Positions 37,625-49,526 of a stretch of 64,000 nucleotides of DNA are shown here, piece after piece. The stretch lies in contig NW_027192203.1 of assembly GCF_041956535.1 (NCBI RefSeq), forward strand, positions 248,001 to 312,000, read 5' to 3'. The stretch comes from Calcarisporiella thermophila CBS 279.70. Its lineage: Eukaryota > Fungi > Calcarisporiellomycota. Made by a program: the position numbers and the translations under genes. The notes beneath the pieces were generated by a model. It was not told where the DNA came from and did not search any database. It worked only from the letters and a program-made list of their open reading frames with translations. Position 1 is the first letter of the stretch, and each line of letters opens with the position of its first letter.

Positions 37625-38000
37625 CGTTCTCTGGGAGATTACGCTCAAGAATCAATGCCCCCTTTCTGGACCTCGTCCTTGGAGGCTCAAATTATCCGTG
37701 GCTTAATCCTCCGCAATAGAAGTGGCAATTTCATTTTGACTATGGGCCAGCTCTGGTCAGGCAGAGCTCAGCCCTATTCCATGTCTAAAGAGCGATGTAG
37801 CCCACTGAAGAGGGTGCCTTTTCATGGATAGTTTAGAATAAGCCTTGATGAACAGTACTGAAATATCTCGGAGAAAATTCTATCATCAATATACACGGTG
37901 ATCATAAAAACAAAAATTACAGATTGGAGTTACAAGCATATACAGAACGGGAGGTATCCTGCTAAAACGTTTGGTTTGATGGCAATGAAAAGGAAGGGAG

Positions 38001-38949
38001 TCAGGGAAAATTCGGATCCGAGGAGAGCCTTCCAGCTGCAATATCGCACAGCTTGGGATACACCACTCTGCGCCTATCCAACTGTGCCTCGCACCAAAGC
38101 AGCATCTTTATAATGGCTGAAAGTCGCGGATTATGGTCCAGCCCCTGGGTGGTAAGGATAGCGGAGTTGAGTTCGCTTGCGGTGCGTTGACGCTGGGCAA
38201 GATCAAGAAGCTCTGCCACAGGCGCCGAAGAACCCTCGTCAAAGATCAAGAGGGACATGGTTTGCCCTAGCTGCTCCAGCAACCGTGGCTATCATGATGC
38301 CACGGGACGTTAAACAATGGGCGGTCTTGGGTAGCAATCAGACACTTACGTTAGCTTCTACAAGGGGAGCCAGTTCTTGTTGCGCAAATGCAAGTGCCTC
38401 GCTGATCTGGCTCTTGCGGATTTTTTCGATGAAGATTTGTTGCTTGAGCAGGAAGAGCAGGTCCGTGTTGGAGCCAAGTATCTGAGGAAAAGGGGCGTTA
38501 GCCCATTGTATCCATTTTGAAAAAGCACTACAGTAGGAACCTCGGGCTTTATGACATTTGTCTTTTCAATGGCCTCCTCTATCTCTCCTAAATGGATCGC
38601 GGCACGGATCGCCATCCGCTCGCGGACCGAATGCAGGTCCATACAAGGCTGCAGGCCACACTCCTCGGCAAATCTCTCAGCTGCATCACCATAGCCCTCT
38701 ACGAGTAGGTAATTCATGACGAGGGAATCCAAGTCTCTGTCATAGTTGATGTAGGGGTGAGAAGCTGGGGATGGAGATCCGGAAACAGAATGTGACTTAC
38801 GATCGGCTCAGCTCCATCTTTCGCATTCTCTTCTGCCAATCTTCCGAGGATATCATGTTAGGATGGGGCAATCGCTTCTACGGGAGAAAGGCAGGGGGCA
38901 ATAGAGTTGACAGCAAACGCGTGTGCATAAGAAGAGCTGCGCTTACCAT
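38001..38949 (-). CDS. GID8: GID/CTLH complex subunit Gid8/TWA1 (LisH-CTLH-CRA)
   Basis: LDSLVMNYLLVEGYGDAAERF (LisH), RMAIRAAIHLGEIEEAIE, LLFLLKQQIFIEKIR, LEQ...MSLLIF, QRQRTASELNSAIL. The first exon is ATG only. Confidence 0.9.
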
Positions 38950-40045
38950 TGAGTGGGATCTTAATCCGTGGCAAGAGTGCGGAGCCCGGTCACGGATGGC
39001 TCCATAGAGATTTGGCCTTCCCTGTGATCCAGGTGTGACCGCTGCTACACAGAACAATATTTCCGCCCGATTTGGCAAGGCCATGACCCGAATGGCCCCC
39101 ATTTCGAGAAACAGAGGGCCAGCATTAGGTTCTCCGTGCACCGCATTGCGAGAAACTGAGCCACCCGCGCTGCGTCCTGATTGTCGGCCGAGAGCTGAAT
39201 GTAGCCTTGTGGCTCCGAATATACAGTGTGCGACTTAGTAAGTGCGCCGCCGCACAATGCTTATTACAAAGAGACATTGGGGCGCACGGATGATCGCGGC
39301 CGCGGTTGGGGGTGCAGGTGGAGGGCGGCTGAAATGGCCGTGGCTCGCACAGGCAAGTCGAGCCGAAGGGCTCGGGTGAGCAAGGGTGGGGGAGGGAGAG
39401 GGGTGGTGCGTGTGAAAAAAGTTAAGCGTAACTTTTGGCTTCAGGATTGGCTGGCGCGAGCTTAATCTCTGGGTTTATTTTTTTCTGGGCCCAACGGCAC
39501 GGCGGTCAGGCCACAAGGCGAGGATGCGCTGCAGAGCCCCTTGCGCTCAGTTCGGCAGAAGGCTGGGCAGGGCGCGAGGCCACCAACGGGAGGCGTGCGG
39601 GAGAAGGGTCTGGCCGGTGGTGCTGTTGAGGGTGAGCACCCTCTGTTCCATTGGAAAACTTTTTTTTAGCAGGTTGGGGCTCCGACCTCGTCCTCTTGCT
39701 GAATTCCCTTGGAGTGTGACAATCGCCGAATTTGCAGTGTATATTGTATGTAGATACCTTTACAAACACCCTCGTAATCAAACAGCTCAGGATCCGGATT
39801 CTCCTCCCCCCCCCTCCTAGATCCCTATTCAAACTCCTATGCCTGCTTGCTAATCCATTGACAGCCGTGGCATTGATTTACCCTTCCCCCTCCCCCCTAT
39901 TTTCGTTACCCCTCCCCCATATCTCTAGATCCACTATTCTCTTTGTTTTTCGGGGAATCGTCGACGTTCTGGGCGCATTGGGCCAGCTGTTTGTTAAGCG
40001 ATAGAGCGCGATTTCCCGAGAAAAGCATCATACCACCTCCCCGCA

Positions 40046-43000
40046 ATGTCCGATACTCAGAGTAGCGATAACAAGTCGAGTCGTCCCCATCCTAGCATAG
40101 CATGTAAGTTTTATTTTTGTTTAGCATGGTGCTCCGAAAGTTAATCCCTCCCCTCCTCTCCCCACTCCCCCCCCCCCCCTCCAAGGCTTACGATGCCATC
40201 AAAAGAAGGTATTTTCCGCTCTGGTATCTGCCTGGTCTGCAACGGCACTGTATCTAACCACCTCTCTCCATTTGTTTATTTATGCGACCGCATATATTAG
40301 GCTAGATGTGATTTCGTATGTTCTCACTTTCTTTACTATTTACCTCGCGAGCTTTCGACTCACATGTCTACTCCCTTCTAGCTCAAACCCGCCTGTTCGA
40401 GATGTTCTCTAGTGGGTGTCCCATGTGCTTATCCCCCCCTCTCGAGCCAGCCGGAGGATCCCCCGCTGGAAATTCTCGGGACGCATGTCGAGCAAATCAA
40501 AGAACGGATTGAAAAAATGCAGTCCGATCTTCGGGCTATAGGGCAGCTGGGACGCCCCCGCCCCACGTCCAACTCCGTTCTGCAACAGTCTGTGGTCAAC
40601 GATCTCTCACGGCCTCTCTATGATTCCGCTGTAATACCGTCGCGGCGACTGCCCGGATCGGATATCAATTGGAAACTCTCGTTGTCCCCCAGCGGCATAC
40701 GAATCGACACGAATATCGCCTCGGTCAACGATCTGTACAAGCTGCTCCTGCAGGGACTTAACCAGCTGAGTATCCAGCGGGAAAATCAGTTTTTTGACGT
40801 TTTACAGGACTCTTTCCCCCCCACTCAATCCCCCTCGGTCGCTTCAGCCTCCACCCCCTCCGCCGCCTCCCCCAGAGGCGCCTTTGGCCTGTTCAATCAG
40901 GGCCAGCAGAGATTATGGGGCCACACCGCTATTCCCGAGAACGTCCAGACAATGGTCGAGTTGCCGCAGGAGACCCTGAACAAATTTGTGGAAACCTACC
41001 TCGAGTGTTTCAATCACCACCAGCTGGTCAATAAGCCTGGCTTTCTCGAGAAATACCGCAGGCAAGAGGTCGATGAGCTGCTCATCAACTCGATCTATGC
41101 CTGGTCTGCGAAGCACTGTGCGCTCTTCCACTACCACGACGACTCGCTCGACCCCCACCTGATCGGCGAGCTGTACTTTAGCCGGGCTCGGCAACTGCTC
41201 AAGAAGCGCTTCGACGCCTCCGACCAAAACACCATCCTCGCCCTTGTCAATCTGCATCTCTACCAGGCGTTTGAGCCCAACCTCATCCAGGCGCGTCTCT
41301 ATGCTGGCCTAGCGGCACGGATGGCCCAGGACCTAAAATTGCACAAGGCCGAGACCAGTGTGGGCCTGGACCGAGCGGACCAAGAGGCCGCTCACCGTGT
41401 GTGGTGGTCGGCTTACTTGCTGGACACCATGGTGGCGCTCGAGACAGGGCGGCCGGCCATGATCGACGATAAGGATTGCGACGTTGACGCCGTGACCCCG
41501 TTGGCGCATGAGGATGGGCTGACCAAGGAAAAGGTGGACTTTCTCCGCAACCAGATACAGCTGGTGCGCATTCGGAAGAGCATTTCAAGACAGCTTCTCT
41601 CCGATCGCACTCGACAAACCCTCCTCTCGGTGGTTTCCAAATTCGAAAAGGCCCTCAACGCGTGGTTCGATGCGCTGCCGCCCGACCTCCAAATTCCCCT
41701 TGGCACGGAGGTTAAGCCCATCGCCGGCCATGAATTCCGATGGGCCAAAGCCATTGCTCTGAACGCAAACTACCAATCGGTGTGGATTCACCTGCACTCG
41801 CTCTTTCTCCCCAAGACTAAGGAGGCTCTGACGCCCATCTCGCTCCTTTCCCTCAACATTTGCACCAACGCGGCCAACCATATCACCACGCTCTTCTCCA
41901 CCCTGGCGCGTGGAAAGGGCTGGTGCTCCATCACCCTATTTCAAAAGTCGCTCGAGCTTGCTGTGAAGATCCACCAGCAGGCTATTACCCTGAGCGACGA
42001 ATCCAGCATCCAAACTACGGCGCGAAACAACCTAGTTTTGATCCTCCAACTTCTGCGCAATTCGCCTCTCATTGGGATACGTTGGTGCGACCTCATCCTA
42101 TACGGAACCGAGGCTTTTATGGATCGGATCGGGATGAGCGAGGAATCAGCGGCGCACCACAGCACATCGGACGACGAACAGACAAAGCCGACCCGATGGA
42201 GAGAACCAGAATCACGTGCAAGCGATGGCGGCGGCGGTGATGATGTTGGTGGCGGTGGCGGTGGTGGTAGTAGTAATGGTGGTGGTGGTAGTGGTGATAT
42301 ACCGGGTGACACTAGTGCGCTTCAGCGACCATCTGGCGCGCAGCCGATGCTACCAGGCCAACCGATTTTTTCGGCTGGTCAATTGCAGTTACAATCTTTG
42401 AAGGAGAATGATATATACCAGGACATGACGCCCGAATTCTATGCTGCACGCTCCCTACAGAACGCGCTGCACCCGATGATATCCTCATTACCATACCAGC
42501 CCCTTGGCGAGTTCCGTTCGACCGATCTAAATAATATGGAGTATTTTGCGAGCTTGGACACCCAGCGACTGTCCGATGATGCGTACCTACAGTCGAGCCT
42601 AGGCGCCGTGTCAGGCGGGGTCCTTTCAGGAATCTTTGAAAGCCAGGGCAATGGGGGTGCTGCGTCCTTCTCCTCGACAACGTCGTTCCCCATTTCCACC
42701 CCCGAGCAGCTCGGCTCCTCAATGCCACGCTTTCGGCAGCATCTGCAGTCGACACGCTTTGAGCCACAGCCTCCCCCACCAACACGTCCCCTTCATCCGC
42801 AACAGCCACCGCCATTACAGTCACTACAGCCACTCCAGCAACCACAGCAGCAGCCTATACCTGTACCTAAAAGAAAAATCTCGCAACCTTCTCAACCATT
42901 GAATTACTCTTCAACCCCCATCTCTTATCTCTCCTATCCACCCGCACCCTCAAGTTCGTATGCGCCTTACCCATTGTTCACGCCTGAATCCGCCTCTCCA

Positions 43001-43216
43001 CTTTCATACTCCACCTCCTCATCCGATGCATATTTCAACCCGAGTCCCTCCGCCATGCTTGCGCAACCCGGAGGGTTCGAATCGTTCTCCGAAACCAGCG
43101 AGCTCTCAGGGATCATGGGCGGAGGGCAGCCACCCCAAGAATATCAAGCTCCAACTAACCCAGTCACTTCAGCCGCAGGCGCTAAGAAGAGGTCGAGACC
43201 GAGCAGCCAGTGGTAA
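40046..43216 (+). CDS. Zn(II)2Cys6 transcription factor with fungal-specific TF domain
   Basis: Exons 40046-40103, 40186-40208, 40301-40315 and 40382-43216 splice to C-LRC-HQKKARC-DFLKPAC-SRC-SLVGVPC. Middle domain has LAARMAQDLKLH...RVWWSAYLLD...GRP. Confidence 0.92.
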
Positions 43217-44444
43217 ATTTTAAACAAACCTATTTATTGTATTTTATCTCTCTCTATTCCGTGTTCTCTGGGGATTTTATTTATTTGATACAAATGATTC
43301 GTGTGTATTCCAGACATTCTGTATTTTTTTTTTTCAGCGCCTTTATTTCTTTTTAAAAATGACAACACATAGCGGTTAATAGTAGAAATTTGTTTTTGAT
43401 CCTACCTGATTATTGGTTGCACGGAACATTCTAAATTGGTAGGGGAACCAAACAGCACCTCATGAGTTTGGGCACTGTGGAATCTGAAAGCTATCCAAAT
43501 TCACCCCCGCTTCCCCATATGGAAGGGGAATGTCGGTTTAGCCAAGAGCATGGTTGAGCTGGAGGGCAGAGGTTCCAGCTTTGGCTCAACAGCGCTGGAA
43601 TTCCCTGGAGAAAAGGGGCTTGTCCAATGCTAGCGTAGGACGAAGTCGCGCGGCAAACCATTTGGGGGGGGGGGGGGTAGTGGGGAGGAAGCGGGCTGAA
43701 GCAAGGAGCCAACGGCCGGGCCTTATCTTATCAGCAGGCAGGCCAAGTAGCCGGGCATAGGTGCTTATGGCAGGGAGGGCTTGCTTTATAATTTCCTCAG
43801 CGCATGCAGAAGCCCGATTTCTACGCGAACGGAGCTCGAGGGGGGTCTATTGTCATTATTTGTCCACAGATGCACTTTCCCGCATATGGGCCAATCCATT
43901 GAAATCCAGGGAGAAATTGGAGCGAGTCTTTGGAGGATTTTCTCCATTCGGGCTAAACTAGGTTTCCATGGAGCAGGCTGCCGTCCCGGCGGCCGGCGCA
44001 TTGGAGCGTGCGCAGCCGGACAAGGGGATCCAGGAACATCGGCGCCACACACGGCAAGGGTCCTCGCACGGCTGGCGGGCACGGCGGCCTGGAAAGCTTG
44101 TTTCGAGGGAGAGGGAATAAGCTATGCGGGTGAGTTGTGCAAGTGTCGCGCGTGTTTCGTTGACTTCAAACGCCATATTTAGAGTTGACCCAAACGTCAT
44201 GGGAGAGTCGGGGACTCGAATTCAAAAATTATATCTGCAACCTATTTTTTTTTTCTCACTTCACCTATTCCTCAAGTGAAAATAGCAGCAGCCTGCCTCT
44301 CGCGCCCTTCCCCCCTTTCCCACCATCTCCCCCAGCGCTTGCCTTATCCCAGCTGTTAAATCCTTCGCTGCTTTTTTGCTTAGCTCCCCCCCTCCCTATC
44401 AGCATTACCGGCCGCTGTCTTTCTCGGTGGCGAATCATTATTCT

Positions 44445-45957
44445 ATGGAGAGCGGTATCCATCATGAAGAAGGGTAAGCATGCAATGGCGAAGGATTTTT
44501 GCTAGACCCGATCGATTATCCCCCATGTGACTCCGATTCTAATGCTTCATATATCGTTCGCCCCCCTCTCCCCCCACAGCAAACTTTTCGTCGGAGGGCT
44601 TGACTGGGCAACTACTGGAGGTAAGTCGGTTGCCACCGCTACAGAATTGCCGTTGATCGTGTCCACCGTCCCGCTCACCCTAACCCAAAATCTCATCCCC
44701 CGATTCCCTTGATTTCTACAGAAAAGCTAAGAGATTATTTCTCGCAATTCGGGGATGTGCAAGAAGCCACCGTGATGAAGGAGGCCTCGGGCATATCCAG
44801 AGGTTTTGGCTTCGTCACGTTCAACGACGAGGCAGCGGTGGATGCCGTGCTCAAGCATGGTCACAGCCATGTTCTGGACGGGAAGACCGTATTTATCTTG
44901 GATCTTTCGATGCACTAAGCTCGCCACTCAATCCATCGTATTTCTTTTTTCTCGAGCAGATTGACCCTAAACGTGCAATACCGCGAGAAGAACAGGACAA
45001 GACGGAGAAGCTATTCGTAGGTGGGATCTCGCCAGAGGTAACGGAGGATGAGTTTACGGACTTTTTCAAAAGCTACGGCAAAGTTCACGACGCGACCCTG
45101 ATGGTTGACCGCGACGGCCAACCAAGGGGCTTCGGGTTTGTGACTTTTGAGACTGAAGACGGGGCAGAGAATGTGCTCAGGCGAAAAGACTTGACGCTTC
45201 GCGGGAAACCGGTAGAGTATCCCTGGTTGATCACTTGCTTTGATGGCACTAATGCATTGCCACCCTTTAGATCGAGGTAAAGAGGGCGCTCCCAAAACAT
45301 CGAACCCAGTGGAGGCAACAGAGTTCCCCACCCGCAGCCGTCACTCGCCCCATGCTCGGAGCCGCTCGGGACATCACTCGCGGCGCCTCCCTTCCTCCTA
45401 CCTCAATCCCCGCTCCGGAATCGCCACTCTACCCGGCTCCTCCTCCTCCCTTGCCACCGCCACCCCCTCCTCCTGGAGCCTACTGGGCTAACATGGACAC
45501 CAGTATGGCTGCTTCGATACCGCAACCGCAACAGCAAGCTCAGCCACAACGGCCACGGCCACAACCACCACAGCAATTACCACAGCAGCAGCCACAAGCT
45601 TTCGTTCCACTGGTTGGCTACTACGGAGGATACGGATACGCCCAGTATACTCCGTTGCCCTATTGGCAATACTATGCCTATGATGCTATGAGTGGACGTG
45701 GCTATGTGTCGGTTAGTCCTACAGGATACACCGTGAGCAGTGAGAGCGATCTGGGCGTCAGCGAGGACTCTCAGGTTAGACAGGGTGAAGAAAATCATAG
45801 AAGAGGAAAGCATGATGCTCCGACTCCCCCAGATTTGCCGCAGAATACTCCCTCCCTTAGTCCGAGAAGCTTTTCTGAAAGCCAAGCCAGGGTAGAATTT
45901 GGAGCATTACATGCTTCACACCCTCCGCAATATCAATATGGTCGATTTTTGGGTTGA
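44445..45957 (+). CDS. Two-RRM RNA-binding protein, Hrp1/Musashi/DAZAP1-like
   Basis: KLFVGGLDWATT|EKLRDYFSQFG...SRGFGFVTF...LDGKT|IDPKRAIPREEQDKTEKLFVGG...RGFGFVTF...|IEVKRA, followed by a P/Q/Y-rich tail. Confidence 0.9.
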
Positions 45958-46465
45958 CACTCTTGCTCCTTGACGTTTTCCTTTTTCTTTGTTAATATTG
46001 CCTCTTTTTTTTTTGAAATACATTTTTAATTGATTGACTTGATTTATTTTCTTACTATTTTTTTTTTGTTTTTTTAATTCTCTAAATTTTCTCTTTCTTT
46101 CTTTTTATTGTTATATATGTGATATTGCATCGTCAACTTTTTCAAAAATTCTCGTTTATCTCTTTTGCATATATTTATTCTCTACCCTCAATGATAATAA
46201 TCTATACAAAAGTTCTGAAAAAAATTGAACATTTATTCAAATTGGGAGTATATACAATCTGGAGGACTTGATTATTTTTGGGAGAAAAGGCAGAGAGGAT
46301 TGATGGAGGTGCGTTACAAGAATAGTAAAGGCGAAAAAAAAAGGTGGGAGGGGGAATCCGAAAAAAAATTCAGCTAATATACATTTTTAGACTGGATTAT
46401 TGTATAGAAATAATAGTAATAATATTGCCAAAAGAAACCTAAGAAAATGCAGAATCTAAAATGTC

Positions 46466-48144
46466 TCATTGGACTGGCTTCCTACGGAGCCAGATGTGTC
46501 TTTTGATGCGCGAGATCTAAACAGATAAAAGAGATGAGCGCTTAATTTTCGATTCTTGAATTCAACTGCCACGGTTTATCACTCGAAAGCGATTACTTAC
46601 TGTGAATCTCTGCAAAGGATCCACCACCAACATCCCGCTCCGAATAAGATCCTTTACTTGAAATGAGACGGAATCAGGGCCACGGAAACGGGCATTCTTA
46701 ATCTAATGTGTAGGGAACTTGTTCAGAATCAACAAACTTGAACGGGGCGGAATAAGACAACTCACATTTTCCAAAAGATATTGATAACCGTCTGGACAGA
46801 ACGGATACTGCCCCTGAAGCAGAGTGTATAACACCACTCCTAATGACCAGACGTCAGCTTGAAAGCCATCATATGCTTTAGACTGGGATGAATATGGAGA
46901 AGGTATTAAAGTCTCAGCGTCTCGAAGAGGGCAATAAGTAATAGCGCTTACTGTTAGCACTTCTGGTGCTACATATTCCGGAGAACTGGATAGATCCCAA
47001 AAAAATTAACATAAAATCCTTTGTGTTGCTCTTGGACTCTAAATAATTACCCGCAAGGCCCTTCACACAGCTCGCCTTCCGCCTGGTAAGTTGCAAATCC
47101 AAAGTCTCCAATTTTAACGTTAAAATCCTAAGGAGAGGGGGGAACAAAATGAATTGAGGAACCATTAAATAAAGCCACTTTCATTGCCTTACTTTATCTA
47201 CAAATATATTTTCGAGTTTTAAGTCTCTATGACTTAAAAAAAAAATTTTAACAGAGAAAGTTAGCCATGAATCAAATTCTACTTTCAAACGATTCGGTTA
47301 CCAGATATTATGAGAATGCATGTAGTCGATGGCCGAAAAAAGCTGCCGAAATATGTGCCACACGAGATTTTCCTCCATTCTACCCATTATACTAAGATAT
47401 TGGAAAATTTCACCCCCCTCACAGTAGTCCATGACAATGTTGCTACAATAGTCAAAAGCAATAGAGATGAGTTTCACTGAATACTTTTCGAAGGATTTTA
47501 GAAATATTCTCTGGAAACATTACGTGCTGAAAAGTGTCCTGTGAACTGCAACCACTTTAACAATGTTTTCGTGCTGTTGTAGACTTCGAATGAGCGCGAC
47601 CTGGCGCTTTATGTCATTCTTTTTTGCGAAAGTGAGGGTAGGAACTGATTTGATTGCAAAAGCACGTTCAAGGGTGGTTGGATGCGTTGACAAATACACG
47701 GTACCTAAATTGACACACTCTTAATATCTGTCAATGTCCAACATTAAAAAACAAGCACAAACCCTCGCTACCCCGACCAATTTGTCGGACCACTGAAAAA
47801 TTGGCAACCTGCCCTCCCCATAGAAATTGCATCGTGCGTAGCACTTTGCGCGCGAAACGTTTTCCTCTCAGAACGCTTCTGGCAAGTTGATATCCCAATG
47901 TCCATGTTGCAGGATCAGAGGTGATAGAGTGGGGCATCATGGTGGCCGAAGTAGAGGGTGCTAGCACCCCAGCAATTTTCGAGTTGCTGAAGGTAGCGGA
48001 GGACGTTGAGGGTTGAGGACAAGGAGAATCTAATTCATTAGTAAAGGTAGGCAGGGATGGAGTGGAATGGTGGCCAAAAAAATGTTCGTCCAGAGGGAGT
48101 GATGGTTCTGAGTTGGATATGTAGGACGACGTTATATTTACCAT
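46466..48144 (-). CDS. CAMK-group Ser/Thr protein kinase (multi-exon)
   Basis: IGRGSEG, FAIK, IVMDYCEGGEIF, HRDLKLENI, VKIGDFGFA, GSPEYVAPE, ADVWSLGV. Confidence 0.85.
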
Positions 48145-48309
48145 TTATACTAATAAATTTAGCAGTGCAATAGAGAGTGTTTGAAAGTGAGCCTTTTAAA
48201 CTCGTGGTGTTATGTCGTCTCGTGTTGAAATAAAGCACCTTAAGTCTAATATAAAAGCCACAATTATATAATGCGGCATAATTTGATTTTATATCACCAT
48301 ATATTTAGA

Positions 48310-49399
48310 ATGTGCACCGAATTCAGTCAGCGTTTAAAAGATTCACACAATTTCGCACTCGAAAAAGGGGAGCTTGTGTTCTCCGAAAGCACCACCGAAA
48401 ATGTGGTGCAGAATGGAATCGAGGTGATGTCAGCTAAGGACATTGACTTTTTTTTCTTTACTCACTTGAAAACCACATTAGTTCGAGATAAGATTCGCCC
48501 CGAGCCTAGCTTTTAAGCCGGCTGGTAAAGCGGACGCGAAGAAAAACGAAGGAAAGCCAGCGAATCCATTTCTTCCCTATAACCCTACTCTACTAGTACA
48601 AGAACTAGATCATCATGTTGTGCTTTTGAACAAATTCTGCGTTGTGCCGTACCACATATTGGTGGTGACGAAGGAATTTTACCCACAGACAGACCCTCCG
48701 TTGCCCAAGGACTTTGCAGCAGTGTGGTACTGTTTACGAAGATTTAAAGATAATGCACTTGCATTTTACAATTGCGGTGCCTCATCAGGAGCAAGGTCGA
48801 GATATATACTTTTTACATGGTTAATGCCGTAGCTAACCGCGCTAAATAATAGTCAGCCGCATAAGCATATACAAATAGTGCCTATGTCTGCTTGCCCGCC
48901 TATTTTCAGCATCCTACCAAAAATACCACCCGAGGACCAAGGTAGCAACAGGGTTGGCCTTAACACACGATCAGATGCCTAATAATTGTATAACTTGCTT
49001 TCCTACCCTTCAGGCAAACCTTTAACAACAGAAAATCTCCCTTATATCCATGCGTTTACCAGGCTGGATCTAGACATGTTGCATAATGCGACAGACGAGG
49101 ATGCGGGTGGATACTTATCCGGCGTGTTCTTTAACCTGTATGATTTTATGATCGATCAAATTCGACACCATCCGACCTCACAGACAAGCTCTGCCGGCTT
49201 TGTTTCTTACAATTTCTTGCTATCACAAGATACCATGATGCTTGTACCCAGGACACTAGAAAAATGGGGTGACATTAGCATCAATTCTCTAGGATTTGCT
49301 GGCACGCTCCTGGTGAAGAGCTTAGAGCAGCTGAACACGGTTAAAACTAACAGCATACTCGATATTTTGAAATCTGTTTCTTTCCAGAAAACCGAATAA
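48310..49399 (+). CDS. APA2: ATP adenylyltransferase / Ap4A phosphorylase
   Basis: NPFLPY, LLNKFCVVPYH.LVVTKEF..Q, AFYNCGASSGA|SQPHKHIQ (HxHxQ), SYN.LL....MMLVPR, INSLGFAGTLLVKS. Confidence 0.92.
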
Positions 49400-49526
49400 A
49401 GTGTGCAGTTAATTAAAATCCCTATGGTTATTTAATCCAATTTGAGTAGTACAGTCACAAGTTTTCTGTTGCTTCGGGTCGTTTATTTAATATTCGAACG
49501 TAAAATGGAAGACAAAAATTAAAAAG

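Noticed and set aside
37742-37778. Small hairpin (GGGC-AGCTCTG...CAGAGCT-GCCC) between GID8 and the golgin gene
   Set aside because: Short, with no H/ACA boxes or other RNA-gene hallmarks; compatible with chance.
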